This document shows positions 38,282-49,362 of a stretch of 64,000 nt of DNA, piece after piece. Within the stretch, counting starts at the first letter, position 1. Each line of letters starts with the position of its first letter. The notes below the pieces were generated by a model. It searched no databases, was not told the origin of the DNA, and worked only from the letters and a program-made list of their open reading frames with translations. Origin of the DNA: Escherichia coli (GTDB taxonomy: Bacteria > Pseudomonadota > Gammaproteobacteria > Enterobacterales > Enterobacteriaceae); NCBI RefSeq assembly GCF_046105845.1, contig NZ_CP151004.1; one strand, written 5' to 3'. A program made the translations under genes and the position numbers.

Positions 38282-39105
38282 TGTACTTCTCCATGCCAGG
38301 GCGTCAGGCGGCGCTGTAACGCGCGCAGACCCAGTTCTAAAAGAAAGGCGATAATCGCAATCACCGCGATCCCCGCCAGCACCACGTCAGTCGCGAGAAA
38401 TTCACCCGCTGACTGAACCATAAATCCTAAACCGCGCGTCGCGGCAATCAGCTCCGCCGCCACCAGCGTAGACCAGCCCACACCCAGACCAATACGTAAT
38501 CCGGTGAGGATTTCCGGCAGCGCGCCGGGCAAAATGACAAACCACAGCACCTGCGCACGGCTGGCACCCAGAGACTGGGCGGCACGAATGCGAACCTGCT
38601 GCGCGCTTTTCACCCCCGCCAGCGCCGACATCGCCACCGGTGCAAAAATCGCTAAATAGATCAGTAAGATCTTCGAGGTTTCACCAATACCAAACCAGAT
38701 CACCATCAGCGGCAAATACGCCAGCGGCGGCACCGGGCGATACAATTCAATTACCGGATCCAGAATGCCGCGCACCGTCGGGCTTAGTCCCATGGCGATC
38801 CCGACCGGAATGCCGATCAACACCGCCGCAAGTAGCGCCAGCATAATGCGCGTCAGGCTGGCTGCCAGATGCTGCCACAGGGTGGCGTCCATAAATCCCT
38901 GCGGCCCGGCAATGGTGAGCAGTTTTGCCAGTACCTGTTGCGGTGGCGGCAAAAACAGCGGGCTAATCAGGTGCAGCGCCGCGACTGCCCACCATACAGT
39001 GAGCAAAATCGCTAACGTGCCAATGCTTAAGGTCACCTGACGCGAGAGCGGCCAGCGCCATTTCAGCCGACGCGAATGCAGTTTTTCATTAATGAGCACA
39101 CTCAT
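38278..39105 (-). CDS. tauC: Taurine ABC transporter permease TauC
   Basis: 275 aa polytopic permease; overlaps tauD start and tauB stop by 4 nt. Confidence 0.94.
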   Translation of the reverse strand: MSVLINEKLHSRRLKWRWPLSRQVTLSIGTLAILLTVWWAVAALHLISPLFLPPPQQVLAKLLTIAGPQGFMDATLWQHLAASLTRIMLALLAAVLIGIPVGIAMGLSPTVRGILDPVIELYRPVPPLAYLPLMVIWFGIGETSKILLIYLAIFAPVAMSALAGVKSAQQVRIRAAQSLGASRAQVLWFVILPGALPEILTGLRIGLGVGWSTLVAAELIAATRGLGFMVQSAGEFLATDVVLAGIAVIAIIAFLLELGLRALQRRLTPWHGEVQ

Positions 39106-39869
39106 GAGAATGCCTCCCGTTGCTCAAATACGCGGCTTAAAACATATTCGCGCATGGCGATGAATTGTGGATCGGACTTGATGCTGCGGCTCGGTTCCCC
39201 GGCAACAAAGCGGCGGGCGAAGTTGAGCGGCAGCCGCTCCAGCACGCGGCCTGGGCCGGGTGAAAGCAGAACCAGTTCAGTCGCCATAAACACCGCTTCT
39301 TCTATATCGTGGGTAATCAACAGCACCTGCTTGCCCGTCTCCTGCCAGAGTTTCAGCAGCAGGGTTTGCATCTGGTCGCGGGTGAAGGCGTCCAGCGCAC
39401 CAAACGGTTCATCGAGTAATAACAGCTGGGGATTTGCCGCCAGCGCGCGGGCAATCCCCACCCGCTGACGTTGACCGCCGGAAAGCTGCCAGATGTAGCG
39501 TTTTTCTGCCCCTTCCAGCCCCACTTTTTTCAGCATCTGGTGCGCGATTTCCAGTCGCTGCATTTTCTCAACACCTGCCAGTTGCAGGCCGAACGCCACG
39601 TTGTCCCGTACATTGCGCCACGGTAGCAGCCCTTCATTCTGAAAAACTACGCCACGCTCTGCTCCCGGCCCCTCAATGCGTTTGCCCGCCAGTTGAATAC
39701 TGCCGTGCTGATAAGGCACAAAACCGGCAATCAGATTCAGCAGGGTGGTTTTACCGCAGCCGGACGGCCCCAGCACCACCAGTAGCTCACCGCTTTCCAG
39801 CGTCAGGTTGATATCTTCCAGTGCCGGTTTGCCGCCATAATCGGCGTAAAGATGAGAGATTTGCAGCAT
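39102..39869 (-). CDS. tauB: Taurine ABC transporter ATP-binding protein TauB
   Basis: 255 aa; Walker [10 protein letters not shown] and ABC signature LSGGQRQRV. Confidence 0.95.
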   Translation of the reverse strand: MLQISHLYADYGGKPALEDINLTLESGELLVVLGPSGCGKTTLLNLIAGFVPYQHGSIQLAGKRIEGPGAERGVVFQNEGLLPWRNVRDNVAFGLQLAGVEKMQRLEIAHQMLKKVGLEGAEKRYIWQLSGGQRQRVGIARALAANPQLLLLDEPFGALDAFTRDQMQTLLLKLWQETGKQVLLITHDIEEAVFMATELVLLSPGPGRVLERLPLNFARRFVAGEPSRSIKSDPQFIAMREYVLSRVFEQREAFS

Positions 39870-39881
39870 CTGCGCCTCCTT

Positions 39882-40844
39882 TTATTGCACGAAGCGCGAG
39901 GTCACGTACTGGCTGTAATCATTCGCTACAGCCGGGACTTTGCCCTGCTCTTTCAAAAACTGCGCGGTGTCGATGATCGCTTTGTTCACCGGTCCGGTCA
40001 GTTCTGCCGTTTGCTGCTGCGGCGTCAGATAGGTATTCCCCTTCACCAGCCCCGGAACGTCACCTTCAGGTACGCCGCTTAAACGCGCCAGCTTGCTGAT
40101 GTTTTCCGGCTGTTTCAGCCACGCGTCTGGGTTAGCAATGTACGGTTGCTGAGCATCGATGGCGCTTTTAGCGAACGCTTTCACGACCTCTGGATGTTTC
40201 TCGGCAAAATCTTTGCGCACCACCCAGACGTCCAGCGTCGGCGCACCCCACTGCCCGACCTGTTCAGAATCGGTCAGCACCTTGCCGTCTTTTTCCAGGG
40301 CGTTAACCGCCGGTGCCCAGACATAAGCACCATCAATGTCTCCCCGTTGCCATGCGGCGATAATCGCGGGTGGCTGCAGGTTCACTATCTCCACTTGTCC
40401 GGGTTTTATACCCCAGTGTTTCAGCGCCGCCAGCAGGCTGTAGTGGGTGGTGGAGATAAACGGTACGGCGATGCGTTTGCCAATGAGATCTTCCGGTTTG
40501 CTGATAGTTTTCTTTACCACCAGCGCTTCGGAGTTACCCAGTTTTGACGCCAGTAAGAAGACTTCAATCGGCACCTGTTGGCTGGCTGCCACCGCTAATG
40601 GGCTGGAACCGAGGTTACCGATTTGGACATCGCCTGAAGCCAGCGCCCGCACGATGCTGGCTCCGCTGTCAAACTTACGCCAGTCCACCGTCGCCCCGCT
40701 CTCTTTAGCAAAGGTGTTATCAGCCTGAGCCACTTTCGCCGGTTCAGCGGAGGTTTGATAGGCCACGGTGACGTTCACCGCCTGTGCCTGAAAAGCGATG
40801 AATGCCAGTGCGGCAAGAAGTGTGTTACGCGATGAAATTGCCAT
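39882..40844 (-). CDS. tauA: Taurine ABC transporter periplasmic binding protein TauA
   Basis: 320 aa with signal peptide MAISSRNTLLAALAFIAFQAQA. Confidence 0.94.
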   Translation of the reverse strand: MAISSRNTLLAALAFIAFQAQAVNVTVAYQTSAEPAKVAQADNTFAKESGATVDWRKFDSGASIVRALASGDVQIGNLGSSPLAVAASQQVPIEVFLLASKLGNSEALVVKKTISKPEDLIGKRIAVPFISTTHYSLLAALKHWGIKPGQVEIVNLQPPAIIAAWQRGDIDGAYVWAPAVNALEKDGKVLTDSEQVGQWGAPTLDVWVVRKDFAEKHPEVVKAFAKSAIDAQQPYIANPDAWLKQPENISKLARLSGVPEGDVPGLVKGNTYLTPQQQTAELTGPVNKAIIDTAQFLKEQGKVPAVANDYSQYVTSRFVQ

Positions 40845-41450
40845 GATTGTCTGCTCCCCTGTCTTGTTATGGGAGCAGTATTCGCGGACAAAAGAATTTG
40901 ATAAAAGAATTAATCATTATGGGCAATACGTTTTTATTCTTAGCAAAAAAATGGCAAACGATAGATTAGTTATGCATGTATCTACCATGTTAAGACTTAG
41001 TAAGCTGTGATTCAGCATGGATGTGAATAAATAATCAAATAGTTCGTTTTCTTATTTACCATTGACCACATGAATGAATAGATGAGCCATCAAGAAACCA
41101 TTCAGATTTTATATAAAACAGCCCTCATACAATGTCAGTATTTTATATATCATTCACTTAATGAATAAATATAAAATAGTTCACAAAGATATTTTTTAAA
41201 TGCAATTAATTGACAAACTAAATCACATCTAAATACAATATATAAAACAAAATTACCATGTATGCTAAGCAAACAAACATTTAACATATGATATACATAA
41301 ATAAAATCTGTCTCCCTAAAGCCCCGTAGGTTATTAAATAACCATTATTTTTAAGGGTTATTTTTTTTAACAGTATGCTTTTTTAGCATCTGAGGATGTT
41401 GCAGTTGGCTACTGTTCTGCGTTCGCCAGGTTTTCTGCATAATAATTAAA

Positions 41451-42137
41451 ATGGAGTGTCATGAATTGGATAAGGTTTTAACTTCTGCGTTGCATTCTTC
41501 CGAGAAAAAGAGGAAAGGTATCCTTGCGATTGGCGCACATCCTGACGATATAGAATTAGGTTGTGGCGCATCGCTTGCTCGACTTGCGAAAAAGGGAATT
41601 TATATCGCAGCCGTTGTCATGACTTCCGGTGATTCTGGTGTAAATGATATTATTGACCGCCATGAAGAATCACGCGAAGCATTAATGATGTTGGGTTGCG
41701 CGCAAACAATACATCTTAATTTTGCCGACACTCGTACCCATTTGCAGCTCAATGATATGATTTCCGCCCTGGAAGACATCATTAAAAATCAAATTCCTTC
41801 TGATGTTGAAATCATGCGGGTATATACCATGCATGATGCCGACCGCCATCAGGATCATCTTGCTGTTTATCAAGCTTCAATGGTTGCCTGCCGAACTATT
41901 CCACAAATTCTCGGCTACGAAACCCCAAGCACCTGGCTTTCATTTATGCCTCAGGTTTTTGAATCCGTTAAAGAAGAATATTTCACAGTCAAACTTGCTG
42001 CATTAAAAAAACATAAAAGCCAGGAACGACGCGATTATATGCGTCATGATCGCCTGCGTGCAGTTGCACAATTTCGCGGGCAACAGGTCAATAGCGATCT
42101 GGGTGAAGGCTTTGTAATTCATAAAATGATTCTTTGA
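41451..42137 (+). CDS. yaiS: PIG-L/LmbE-family deacetylase YaiS; exact start uncertain
   Basis: AHPDD(x)E(x)GCG motif (ILAIGAHPDDIELGCGAS) typical of LmbE-like N-acetylglucosaminyl deacetylases; the 228-aa ORF may over-extend the 5' end relative to the shorter K-12 annotation. Confidence 0.8.
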   Translation: MECHELDKVLTSALHSSEKKRKGILAIGAHPDDIELGCGASLARLAKKGIYIAAVVMTSGDSGVNDIIDRHEESREALMMLGCAQTIHLNFADTRTHLQLNDMISALEDIIKNQIPSDVEIMRVYTMHDADRHQDHLAVYQASMVACRTIPQILGYETPSTWLSFMPQVFESVKEEYFTVKLAALKKHKSQERRDYMRHDRLRAVAQFRGQQVNSDLGEGFVIHKMIL

Positions 42138-42146
42138 GCAAATTGC

Positions 42147-43343
42147 ATGAAAACCTGGATATTTATCTGTATGTCCATAGCAATGTTGCTATGGTTTTTA
42201 AGTACGCTAAAACGTAAACCCAGTCAAAAGAAAGGCTGTATTGACGCAATTATACCTGCTTATAACGAAGGCCCGTGTCTGGCACAGTCACTGGATAATC
42301 TGCTGCGTAACCCTTATTTTTGCCGGGTAATTTGCGTAAACGACGGCTCCACGGACAATACCGAAGCGGTCATGGAGGAAGTCAAACGCAAATGGGGCGA
42401 CCGCTTTGTTGCCGTCACGCAAAAAAATACCGGTAAAGGTGGTGCGCTGATGAATGGCCTCAATTACGCCACCTGCGACCAGGTTTTTTTAAGTGATGCC
42501 GACACCTATGTTCCGCCCGATCAAGACGGAATGGGCTATATGCTGGCAGAAATTGAGCGCGGTGCCGATGCCGTAGGCGGCATTCCCTCTACTGCGTTGA
42601 AAGGCGCGGGTCTGTTACCACACATCCGCGCGACCGTAAAGTTGCCGATGATTGTTATGAAGCGCACGCTACAGCAGCTCGTGGGCGGCGCACCGTTTAT
42701 TATCAGCGGTGCCTGCGGGATGTTCCGTACTGATGTATTGCGTAAGTTCGGTTTCTCAGATCGTACTAAAGTCGAAGACCTTGATCTCACCTGGACATTG
42801 GTGGCAAACGGCTACCGTATTCGGCAGGCGAATCGCTGCATCGTATACCCACAGGAATGCAACAGCCCGCGTGAGGAGTGGCGTCGCTGGCGGCGTTGGA
42901 TTGTGGGCTACGCGGTCTGTATGCGCCTGCATAAAAGACTTTTATTTAGCCGCTTCGGTATCTTCAGTATATTTCCTATGCTGTTGGTTGTGCTTTATGG
43001 CGTTGGGATTTATCTCACTACCTGGTTTAATGAATTCATCACCACCGGGCCGCATGGTGTGGTGTTGGCAATGTTTCCGCTTATCTGGGTCGGCGTAGTT
43101 TGTGTTATTGGTGCTTTTAGCGCCTGGTTTCATCGTTGCTGGTTGTTGGTGCCTTTAGCGCCGCTTTCCGTTGTGTATGTATTATTAGCTTATGCCATCT
43201 GGATTATTTATGGACTTATTGCCTTTTTTACTGGACGCGAACCTCAGCGCGACAAACCCACCCGCTATTCCGCACTGGTGGAAGCGTCAACCGCTTATTC
43301 CCAACCTTCTGCTACAGGAACTGAAAAACTATCTGAAGCTTAA
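42147..43343 (+). CDS. yaiP: Family-2 glycosyltransferase YaiP, membrane-anchored
   Basis: 398 aa; N-terminal transmembrane segment, GT-A motifs (DGSTDNT ... SDADTY), C-terminal transmembrane helices. Confidence 0.88.
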   Translation: MKTWIFICMSIAMLLWFLSTLKRKPSQKKGCIDAIIPAYNEGPCLAQSLDNLLRNPYFCRVICVNDGSTDNTEAVMEEVKRKWGDRFVAVTQKNTGKGGALMNGLNYATCDQVFLSDADTYVPPDQDGMGYMLAEIERGADAVGGIPSTALKGAGLLPHIRATVKLPMIVMKRTLQQLVGGAPFIISGACGMFRTDVLRKFGFSDRTKVEDLDLTWTLVANGYRIRQANRCIVYPQECNSPREEWRRWRRWIVGYAVCMRLHKRLLFSRFGIFSIFPMLLVVLYGVGIYLTTWFNEFITTGPHGVVLAMFPLIWVGVVCVIGAFSAWFHRCWLLVPLAPLSVVYVLLAYAIWIIYGLIAFFTGREPQRDKPTRYSALVEASTAYSQPSATGTEKLSEA

Positions 43344-43902
43344 TGTTAAAGAGAAAAACATTCAGATTGCAGACCAGGTAATTATTGATGAAACTGCAGG
43401 TGAAGTTGTTATCGGCGCGAATACCCGTATTTGTCATGGTGCCGTTATTCAGGGTCCGGTAGTGATTGGCGCAAACTGCCTGATAGGTAATTATGCGTTT
43501 ATTCGTCCTGGCACAATAATCAGCAATGGCGTAAAAATTGGTTTTGCCACCGAAATTAAAAATGCGGTTATTGAAGCGGAAGCAACGATTGGTCCGCAAT
43601 GCTTTATCGCCGACTCGGTAGTTGCAAACCAGGCATATTTGGGCGCACAAGTACGTACCAGTAATCATCGTCTGGATGAACAGCCCGTGTCTGTTAGAAC
43701 TCCAGAGGGAATTATCGCTACCGGATGCGATAAATTAGGTTGTTATATCGGGCAGCGTTCACGCCTTGGCGTACAAGTTATTATTTTGCCTGGGCGAATT
43801 ATTTCCCCGAACACGCAACTTGGCCCGCGCGTGATTGTAGAACGTAATTTACCTCCCGGAACTTATTCACTCCGACAAGAACTTATCCGTACAGGAGATT
43901 AA
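43192..43902 (+). CDS. yaiX: Hexapeptide-repeat (LbH) acyltransferase YaiX, intact; start uncertain
   Basis: Left-handed beta-helix repeats (VIGANTRICHGAVIQGPVVIGANCLIGNYAFI...); longest frame overlaps yaiP 3' end by 152 nt with no in-frame ATG after the overlap; K-12 yaiX is an IS2-disrupted pseudogene. Confidence 0.7.
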   Translation: MPSGLFMDLLPFLLDANLSATNPPAIPHWWKRQPLIPNLLLQELKNYLKLNVKEKNIQIADQVIIDETAGEVVIGANTRICHGAVIQGPVVIGANCLIGNYAFIRPGTIISNGVKIGFATEIKNAVIEAEATIGPQCFIADSVVANQAYLGAQVRTSNHRLDEQPVSVRTPEGIIATGCDKLGCYIGQRSRLGVQVIILPGRIISPNTQLGPRVIVERNLPPGTYSLRQELIRTGD

Positions 43903-43903
43903 A

Positions 43904-44677
43904 ATGATAAAACGGACGTTATTAGCGGCGGTCATTTTTAGCGCATTGCCCGCTTATGCCGGGTTAACTTCCATTACCGCGGGCTACGATTTTACCGATT
44001 ATTCTGGCGATCATGGCAACCGTAATTTAGCGTATGCTGAACTGGTGGCGAAAGTTGAAAACGCAACGCTGCTTTTTAATCTTTCCCAGGGGCGTCGTGA
44101 TTATGAAACTGAACATTTCAATGCCACTCGCGGTCAGGGTGCGGTCTGGTATAAATGGAATAACTGGCTGACAACCCGAACGGGTATTGCCTTTGCGGAT
44201 AATACGCCGGTCTTTGCCCGCCAGGATTTTCGTCAGGATATTAACCTGGCACTGTTGCCAAAAACGCTTTTCACGACCGGTTATCGCTACACGAAATATT
44301 ACGATGATGTCGAAGTCGATGCCTGGCAAGGCGGCGTATCACTCTATACTGGCCCGGTGATCACCAGCTATCGCTATACCCATTATGACTCCAGCGATGC
44401 AGGTGGTAGTTACAGCAATATGATTTCCGTGCGTCTGAATGACCCGCGCGGCACTGGTTATACGCAACTATGGCTAAGCCGCGGAACAGGTGCTTACACC
44501 TATGACTGGACGCCAGAAACACGCTACGGCAGCATGAAGAGCGTCAGTTTGCAACGTATTCAACCGCTGACTGAGCAACTTAATCTCGGGCTGACGGCAG
44601 GTAAAGTGTGGTACGACACCCCAACCGATGATTATAACGGTCTGCAACTTGCAGCCCATCTGACCTGGAAATTCTGA
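43904..44677 (+). CDS. yaiO: Outer-membrane beta-barrel protein YaiO
   Basis: 257 aa with signal peptide MIKRTLLAAVIFSALPAYA and C-terminal ...HLTWKF beta-barrel signature. Confidence 0.9.
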   Translation: MIKRTLLAAVIFSALPAYAGLTSITAGYDFTDYSGDHGNRNLAYAELVAKVENATLLFNLSQGRRDYETEHFNATRGQGAVWYKWNNWLTTRTGIAFADNTPVFARQDFRQDINLALLPKTLFTTGYRYTKYYDDVEVDAWQGGVSLYTGPVITSYRYTHYDSSDAGGSYSNMISVRLNDPRGTGYTQLWLSRGTGAYTYDWTPETRYGSMKSVSLQRIQPLTEQLNLGLTAGKVWYDTPTDDYNGLQLAAHLTWKF

Positions 44678-44789
44678 TTCCTTCTGCCGCCCGCTATCCG
44701 GGGCGGCCTTCCCTGCCGATTAGCCCCACCCCCTTTCCTCTTTGTTTTCCGACCACATTCACCGGATAAATTTTATTCTCCAGTGTTAT

Positions 44790-44838
44790 ATACTATAGGG
44801 GGGTATGTATTGACATATAGAATACCCCCCTATAGTAT
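44790..44838 (+). promoter_or_regulatory. frmRAB promoter/operator: inverted repeat with G6/C6 tracts overlapping -35/-10
   Basis: atactataggggggtat (44790-44806) and atacccccctatagtat (44822-44838) form a 17-nt inverted repeat flanking ttgaca; lies 27 nt upstream of frmR ATG; consistent with an FrmR (CsoR/RcnR-family) operator. Confidence 0.6.
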
Positions 44839-44864
44839 ATTGCATGCAGATGATGAGGTGCGAA

Positions 44865-45140
44865 ATGCCCAGTACTCCGGAAGAGAAGAAAAAGGTCCTT
44901 ACTCGAGTTCGTCGTATTCGGGGGCAAATTGATGCTCTGGAACGGTCGCTGGAGGGTGATGCCGAATGCCGTGCCATACTCCAACAGATCGCTGCCGTTC
45001 GGGGCGCGGCTAACGGGCTGATGGCAGAAGTGCTTGAAAGCCATATCCGGGAAACGTTTGACCGAAATGACTGCTACAGCCGCGAAGTCAGCCAATCCGT
45101 TGACGACACTATTGAACTGGTTCGTGCCTATCTTAAATAG
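44865..45140 (+). CDS. frmR: Formaldehyde-responsive repressor FrmR
   Basis: ORF 44844..45140; known 91-aa FrmR starts [31 protein letters not shown]... at 44865. Confidence 0.92.
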
Positions 45141-45144
45141 CTGA

Positions 45145-46284
<1,140 letters not shown>

Positions 46285-46375
46285 TTTCCCGCAGGTTTAC
46301 CCGTCCAGTTCAGACGGGGTTCTTAATACTCTCCCCGGGCAGCCGTCCGGGGGATTAACCGTGAGATAATGACTG

Positions 46376-47209
46376 ATGGAACTCATTGAAAAACATGCCA
46401 GCTTTGGCGGCTGGCAAAATGTGTATCGGCATTATTCCCCATCACTGAAATGTGAAATGAATGTCGGCGTCTATCTCCCACCAAAAGCCGCAAGTGAAAA
46501 ATTGCCGGTGTTGTACTGGCTTTCAGGGCTGACTTGCAACGAGCAGAATTTCATTACTAAATCGGGGATGCAACGTTACGCGGCTGAGCACAACATTATT
46601 GTTGTTGCGCCGGACACCAGTCCGCGAGGCAGTCATGTCGCAGATGCTGACCGTTACGATCTCGGGCAAGGTGCCGGGTTTTACCTGAACGCAACGCAAG
46701 CGCCGTGGAATGAACATTACAAAATGTATGACTATATCCGCAACGAGCTGCCGGATTTAGTGATGCAACATTTTCCGGCAACGGCCAGAAAGTCTATCTC
46801 AGGTCATTCTATGGGCGGGCTGGGCGCACTGGTGCTGGCGTTACGTAACCCAGATGAATATGTCAGCGTCTCGGCGTTTTCGCCCATTGTCTCCCCATCG
46901 CAAGTACCGTGGGGACAGCAAGCCTTTGCCGCATATCTTGGTGAAAAAAAAGATGCCTGGTTGGATTACGACCCGGTGAGTCTTATTTCACAAGGTCAAC
47001 GCGTTGCGGAAATCATGGTTGATCAGGGATTGAGTGATGATTTTTACGCAGAACAGCTGCGGACTCCAAATCTTGAAAAGATCTGCCAGGAGATGAATAT
47101 CAAGACGTTAATCCGTTATCACGAGGGTTATGATCACAGCTATTATTTTGTCTCCAGTTTTATTGGCGAGCATATTGCCTACCACGCCAATAAACTGAAT
47201 ATGCGTTAA
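46376..47209 (+). CDS. frmB: S-formylglutathione hydrolase FrmB
   Basis: 277 aa esterase D-family protein with GHSMGG nucleophile motif. Confidence 0.94.
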   Translation: MELIEKHASFGGWQNVYRHYSPSLKCEMNVGVYLPPKAASEKLPVLYWLSGLTCNEQNFITKSGMQRYAAEHNIIVVAPDTSPRGSHVADADRYDLGQGAGFYLNATQAPWNEHYKMYDYIRNELPDLVMQHFPATARKSISGHSMGGLGALVLALRNPDEYVSVSAFSPIVSPSQVPWGQQAFAAYLGEKKDAWLDYDPVSLISQGQRVAEIMVDQGLSDDFYAEQLRTPNLEKICQEMNIKTLIRYHEGYDHSYYFVSSFIGEHIAYHANKLNMR

Positions 47210-47235
47210 TAATAGTGCACGACTGCCGGATGCGG

Positions 47236-47323
47236 CGTAAACGCCTTATCCGGTCTACGGGTGGCGCGGGAATTTGTAGGCCTGATAAGACGCGTCAGCG
47301 TCGCATCAGGCATCTGCGCACGA
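47236..47323. repeat. BIME (two REP units) downstream of frmB
   Basis: tgccggatgcggcgtaaacgccttatccggtctac and aggcctgataagacgcgtcagcgtcgcatcaggca. Confidence 0.75.
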
Positions 47324-47334
47324 CTTATCTATGT

Positions 47335-47874
47335 TTACCACATCAAATCATCAGGCACTTTGAAGTCGGCATACGGGTCGTCTTCATCCTGCTCTTCGGC
47401 ACTGAGCGCGCTGTGCAACACAATACTGCTGGCATCACGCTGAGCAATTTTATCGGCAACGCTGGCGGGAATAATGGCGTATTCACCTTCGCTATTGTTA
47501 TCGACCAACAAGCGGGCAATCGCCAGACGACCATTAATCAACTGCGCTTGTGTGAGCTTATCGACAAAAATCTTCTTAATCAGATTACCGTCAGTGAAGT
47601 TAAAACCAATATCGCCATTGGCAATGGTGATTCGGTTCATTTCAATGAGCTGCTTCACCTGGGCTTTATATTCTTTCGCCAACGCCGCTTGTTTTTGCTG
47701 TTCGCTAAGCTGTTTATCACGCTCAAGCTGTGCCTTTTTATTTTCTTCTACCGCCGCCCGAGCTTCACGCGCCTGAACGCGCGATTTTTTCGCCGTTCTC
47801 TCGACCTTCGCCGCTTTTTTGCTGGTGACTAATCCTGCTTTGAGCAACTGCTCTTGTAAGGTAAGTTTTGCCAT
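47335..47874 (-). CDS. yaiL: DUF2058 protein YaiL
   Basis: ORF 47335..47886; known 179-aa YaiL starts MAKLTLQEQLLKAGLVTSKKAAK... Confidence 0.88.
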   Translation of the reverse strand: MAKLTLQEQLLKAGLVTSKKAAKVERTAKKSRVQAREARAAVEENKKAQLERDKQLSEQQKQAALAKEYKAQVKQLIEMNRITIANGDIGFNFTDGNLIKKIFVDKLTQAQLINGRLAIARLLVDNNSEGEYAIIPASVADKIAQRDASSIVLHSALSAEEQDEDDPYADFKVPDDLMW

Positions 47875-47975
47875 CTTTGTTTCCAAACCCGCTGAATAAT
47901 TTTTAGCGAGTATACCTGTAAACGCCGTAGGTGTATTGGGGGCAAGTCCCTTTCGCCCCTACTTAATAAGGCGCG

Positions 47976-49187
47976 TCAGGCATCGGCGCACGGCTGCATT
48001 CGTGATCTCCGGCTCATCAAAATAAACACTGCCAGGCCGGCAACAAGAATACCCGGCGCAGAAGCGGCCATTACGCCAACCGTGCCAGTGCCTAATGCCA
48101 GCATTTTCCCGGCCAGTAACGGACCGCTCATAGCCCCCAGACGCCCTACCGCCACGGCTGTTCCCACACCTGTTGCGCGGATCTGCGAACTGTAAAACAA
48201 CGGTGCCAGGGCATACAAAACGCTTTGCCCACCTGTCGCAAACAACCCCGCGACGAATCCCGCCAGCAACATACCGTTAAATGACGACACCGTTCCCAGC
48301 GCCAGCAGCGAAGCTAACATGCCGCTATAAATCAGTAGCGACATGGTTACTGGACGCAGCTTATCCATCAATGCGCCCAACATTAACGTCCCGCTTGCCG
48401 CCCCCATTTGCAGGGCAAACATCACCCCTGCCGCCTGCGATGGCTGGAATCCTTGCTCCACCAAAAGCAGCGGTAGCCAGTTGATCAACATGTAGACCAC
48501 CAGCAGAGTGAAGAAATAACACAACCACAGCAGCAGCGTCGCGGTGGCCGTTTCTGGCGCAAATAAGGCACGCAGTGGTGGCGCGGCCTGTTTTTCGCCA
48601 GCGAAAACCACCGACTCTGGCAGCCAGCGCATTAATAGCGGCACCAGAATCAACGGCACCACACCACCTACCCAAAACACCGTTTGCCATGCTAAGTTTG
48701 CCCCCGCGAAACCCAGTGTCGCCGCCAGCGCCGCGCCAATGGGGACACCGCAATACATCAGGCTCACTGCCGTCCCACGAAAACGTGGCCCCGCGGCTTC
48801 AGACGTCAGGGCGATCAGATTCGGCAACGCCGCCCCCAGCCCGACACCGGTCATCAGTCGCGCAAAGACCAGTGAGGGGAAATCCCAGGCAATCGCCGTT
48901 GCCAGTGAGAACAAACCAAACAGCGCAACTGAGCCAATCAAAATGCGCTTGCGACCATAACGGTCCGCCAGCATTCCGCCAACCAACGCGCCGGGTAGCA
49001 AACCGAGTATTCCGGCGCTGAATATCCAGCCCATTTGCATTTTATCGAGTGCGAAAGCCTGGGCGATGCCACCCGCCGCAATGCCAGCCGCCTGAAGATC
49101 CAGCCCTTCCATCAGAGCGACCAAAAAACAAAGCCCGATAGTCAGCATCAGGCGGGATGAAGATGATGAAGGGGTACGAGTCGACAT
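47976..49187 (-). CDS. mhpT: 3-(3-hydroxyphenyl)propionate MFS transporter MhpT
   Basis: ORF 47976..49256; ATG at 49187 gives MSTRTPSSSSSRLMLTIGLCFLVALMEG..., matching the 403-aa MhpT. Confidence 0.9.
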   Translation of the reverse strand: MSTRTPSSSSSRLMLTIGLCFLVALMEGLDLQAAGIAAGGIAQAFALDKMQMGWIFSAGILGLLPGALVGGMLADRYGRKRILIGSVALFGLFSLATAIAWDFPSLVFARLMTGVGLGAALPNLIALTSEAAGPRFRGTAVSLMYCGVPIGAALAATLGFAGANLAWQTVFWVGGVVPLILVPLLMRWLPESVVFAGEKQAAPPLRALFAPETATATLLLWLCYFFTLLVVYMLINWLPLLLVEQGFQPSQAAGVMFALQMGAASGTLMLGALMDKLRPVTMSLLIYSGMLASLLALGTVSSFNGMLLAGFVAGLFATGGQSVLYALAPLFYSSQIRATGVGTAVAVGRLGAMSGPLLAGKMLALGTGTVGVMAASAPGILVAGLAVFILMSRRSRMQPCADA

Positions 49188-49279
49188 AAGATGAACCTCG
49201 TTGCGAGTGCAGGTGAATCGCGACTGATACATTGCCAGCCGCGTAATCAGAACCATTTAATGACTGCCTACGGGCGAAA

Positions 49280-49318
49280 TGTAGGCCGGACAAGACGTTT
49301 ACGCCGCATCCGGCAGTC
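49280..49318. repeat. REP element between mhpT and mhpE
   Basis: tgtaggccggacaagacgtttacgccgcatccggcagtc. Confidence 0.7.
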
Positions 49319-49362
49319 GTGCTGGGATGGGCATACAAAATGCACGTTCTCGGCAGTCATCA

